DNA from: Macrostomum hystrix
Lineage: Eukaryota > Animalia > Platyhelminthes
Assembly: GCA_950097015.1 (NCBI GenBank)
Contig: CATNEN010000039.1
Location: 14,136,001-14,200,000 of the forward strand
DNA: 64,000 bases
Direction: 5' to 3'
The position numbers and the translations under genes are program-made. The notes beneath the pieces were generated by a model. That model made no database searches. It saw nothing but the letters and a program-made list of their open reading frames with translations, and had not been told where the DNA came from. Each line of letters opens with the position of its first letter. The first letter of the stretch is position 1. This document shows positions 63,860-64,000 of the stretch, piece after piece.

Positions 63860-64000
63860 TTAGTCATGTCGTTTGTGGCTTTTCTTTTCTTCTGCTTTCT
63901 TTTCTCTTTTAGTGTGAGTCACCTCGCACTGTGAGCGTTGGTTACCTCGAGAGGGCGAACTGAGTTCGGTTCGGTTCAGCGCGGCCCCAGCCTCTCAGGA

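Overview
Repeat-dense eukaryotic (invertebrate) genomic DNA with spliceosomal introns; a free-living flatworm such as Macrostomum is my guess, not established from the sequence. There is one clear housekeeping gene, U1 snRNP 70K (3 coding exons, minus strand, 8961-11981). The main feature is a cluster of five paralogues (A-E) of an unrecognised surface-protein family: signal peptide, Ly6/uPAR-like (three-finger) Cys domain, a second 6-Cys domain, a Thr/Ala 7-mer stalk and a hydrophobic C-terminal anchor. Upstream DNA, signal peptide, intron and Cys frame are nearly invariant, while the inter-Cys loops, stalk length (1-29 units) and anchor type vary strongly. A, D and E look intact, B is frameshifted and C is 5'-truncated. 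Copy E lies inside a 14.2-kb BEL/Pao LTR retrotransposon (250-bp LTRs, GAAAA TSD) inserted upstream of copy D. That element also holds a coding-intact Harbinger, a Gmr1-like gypsy remnant, a solo LTR, a maT-like element and an RTE fragment. An Ingi-like LINE 5' end carries an HDV-like ribozyme fold followed by an in-frame 2A-like motif. The rest is about 20 minisatellite arrays, MITEs and TE fragments.
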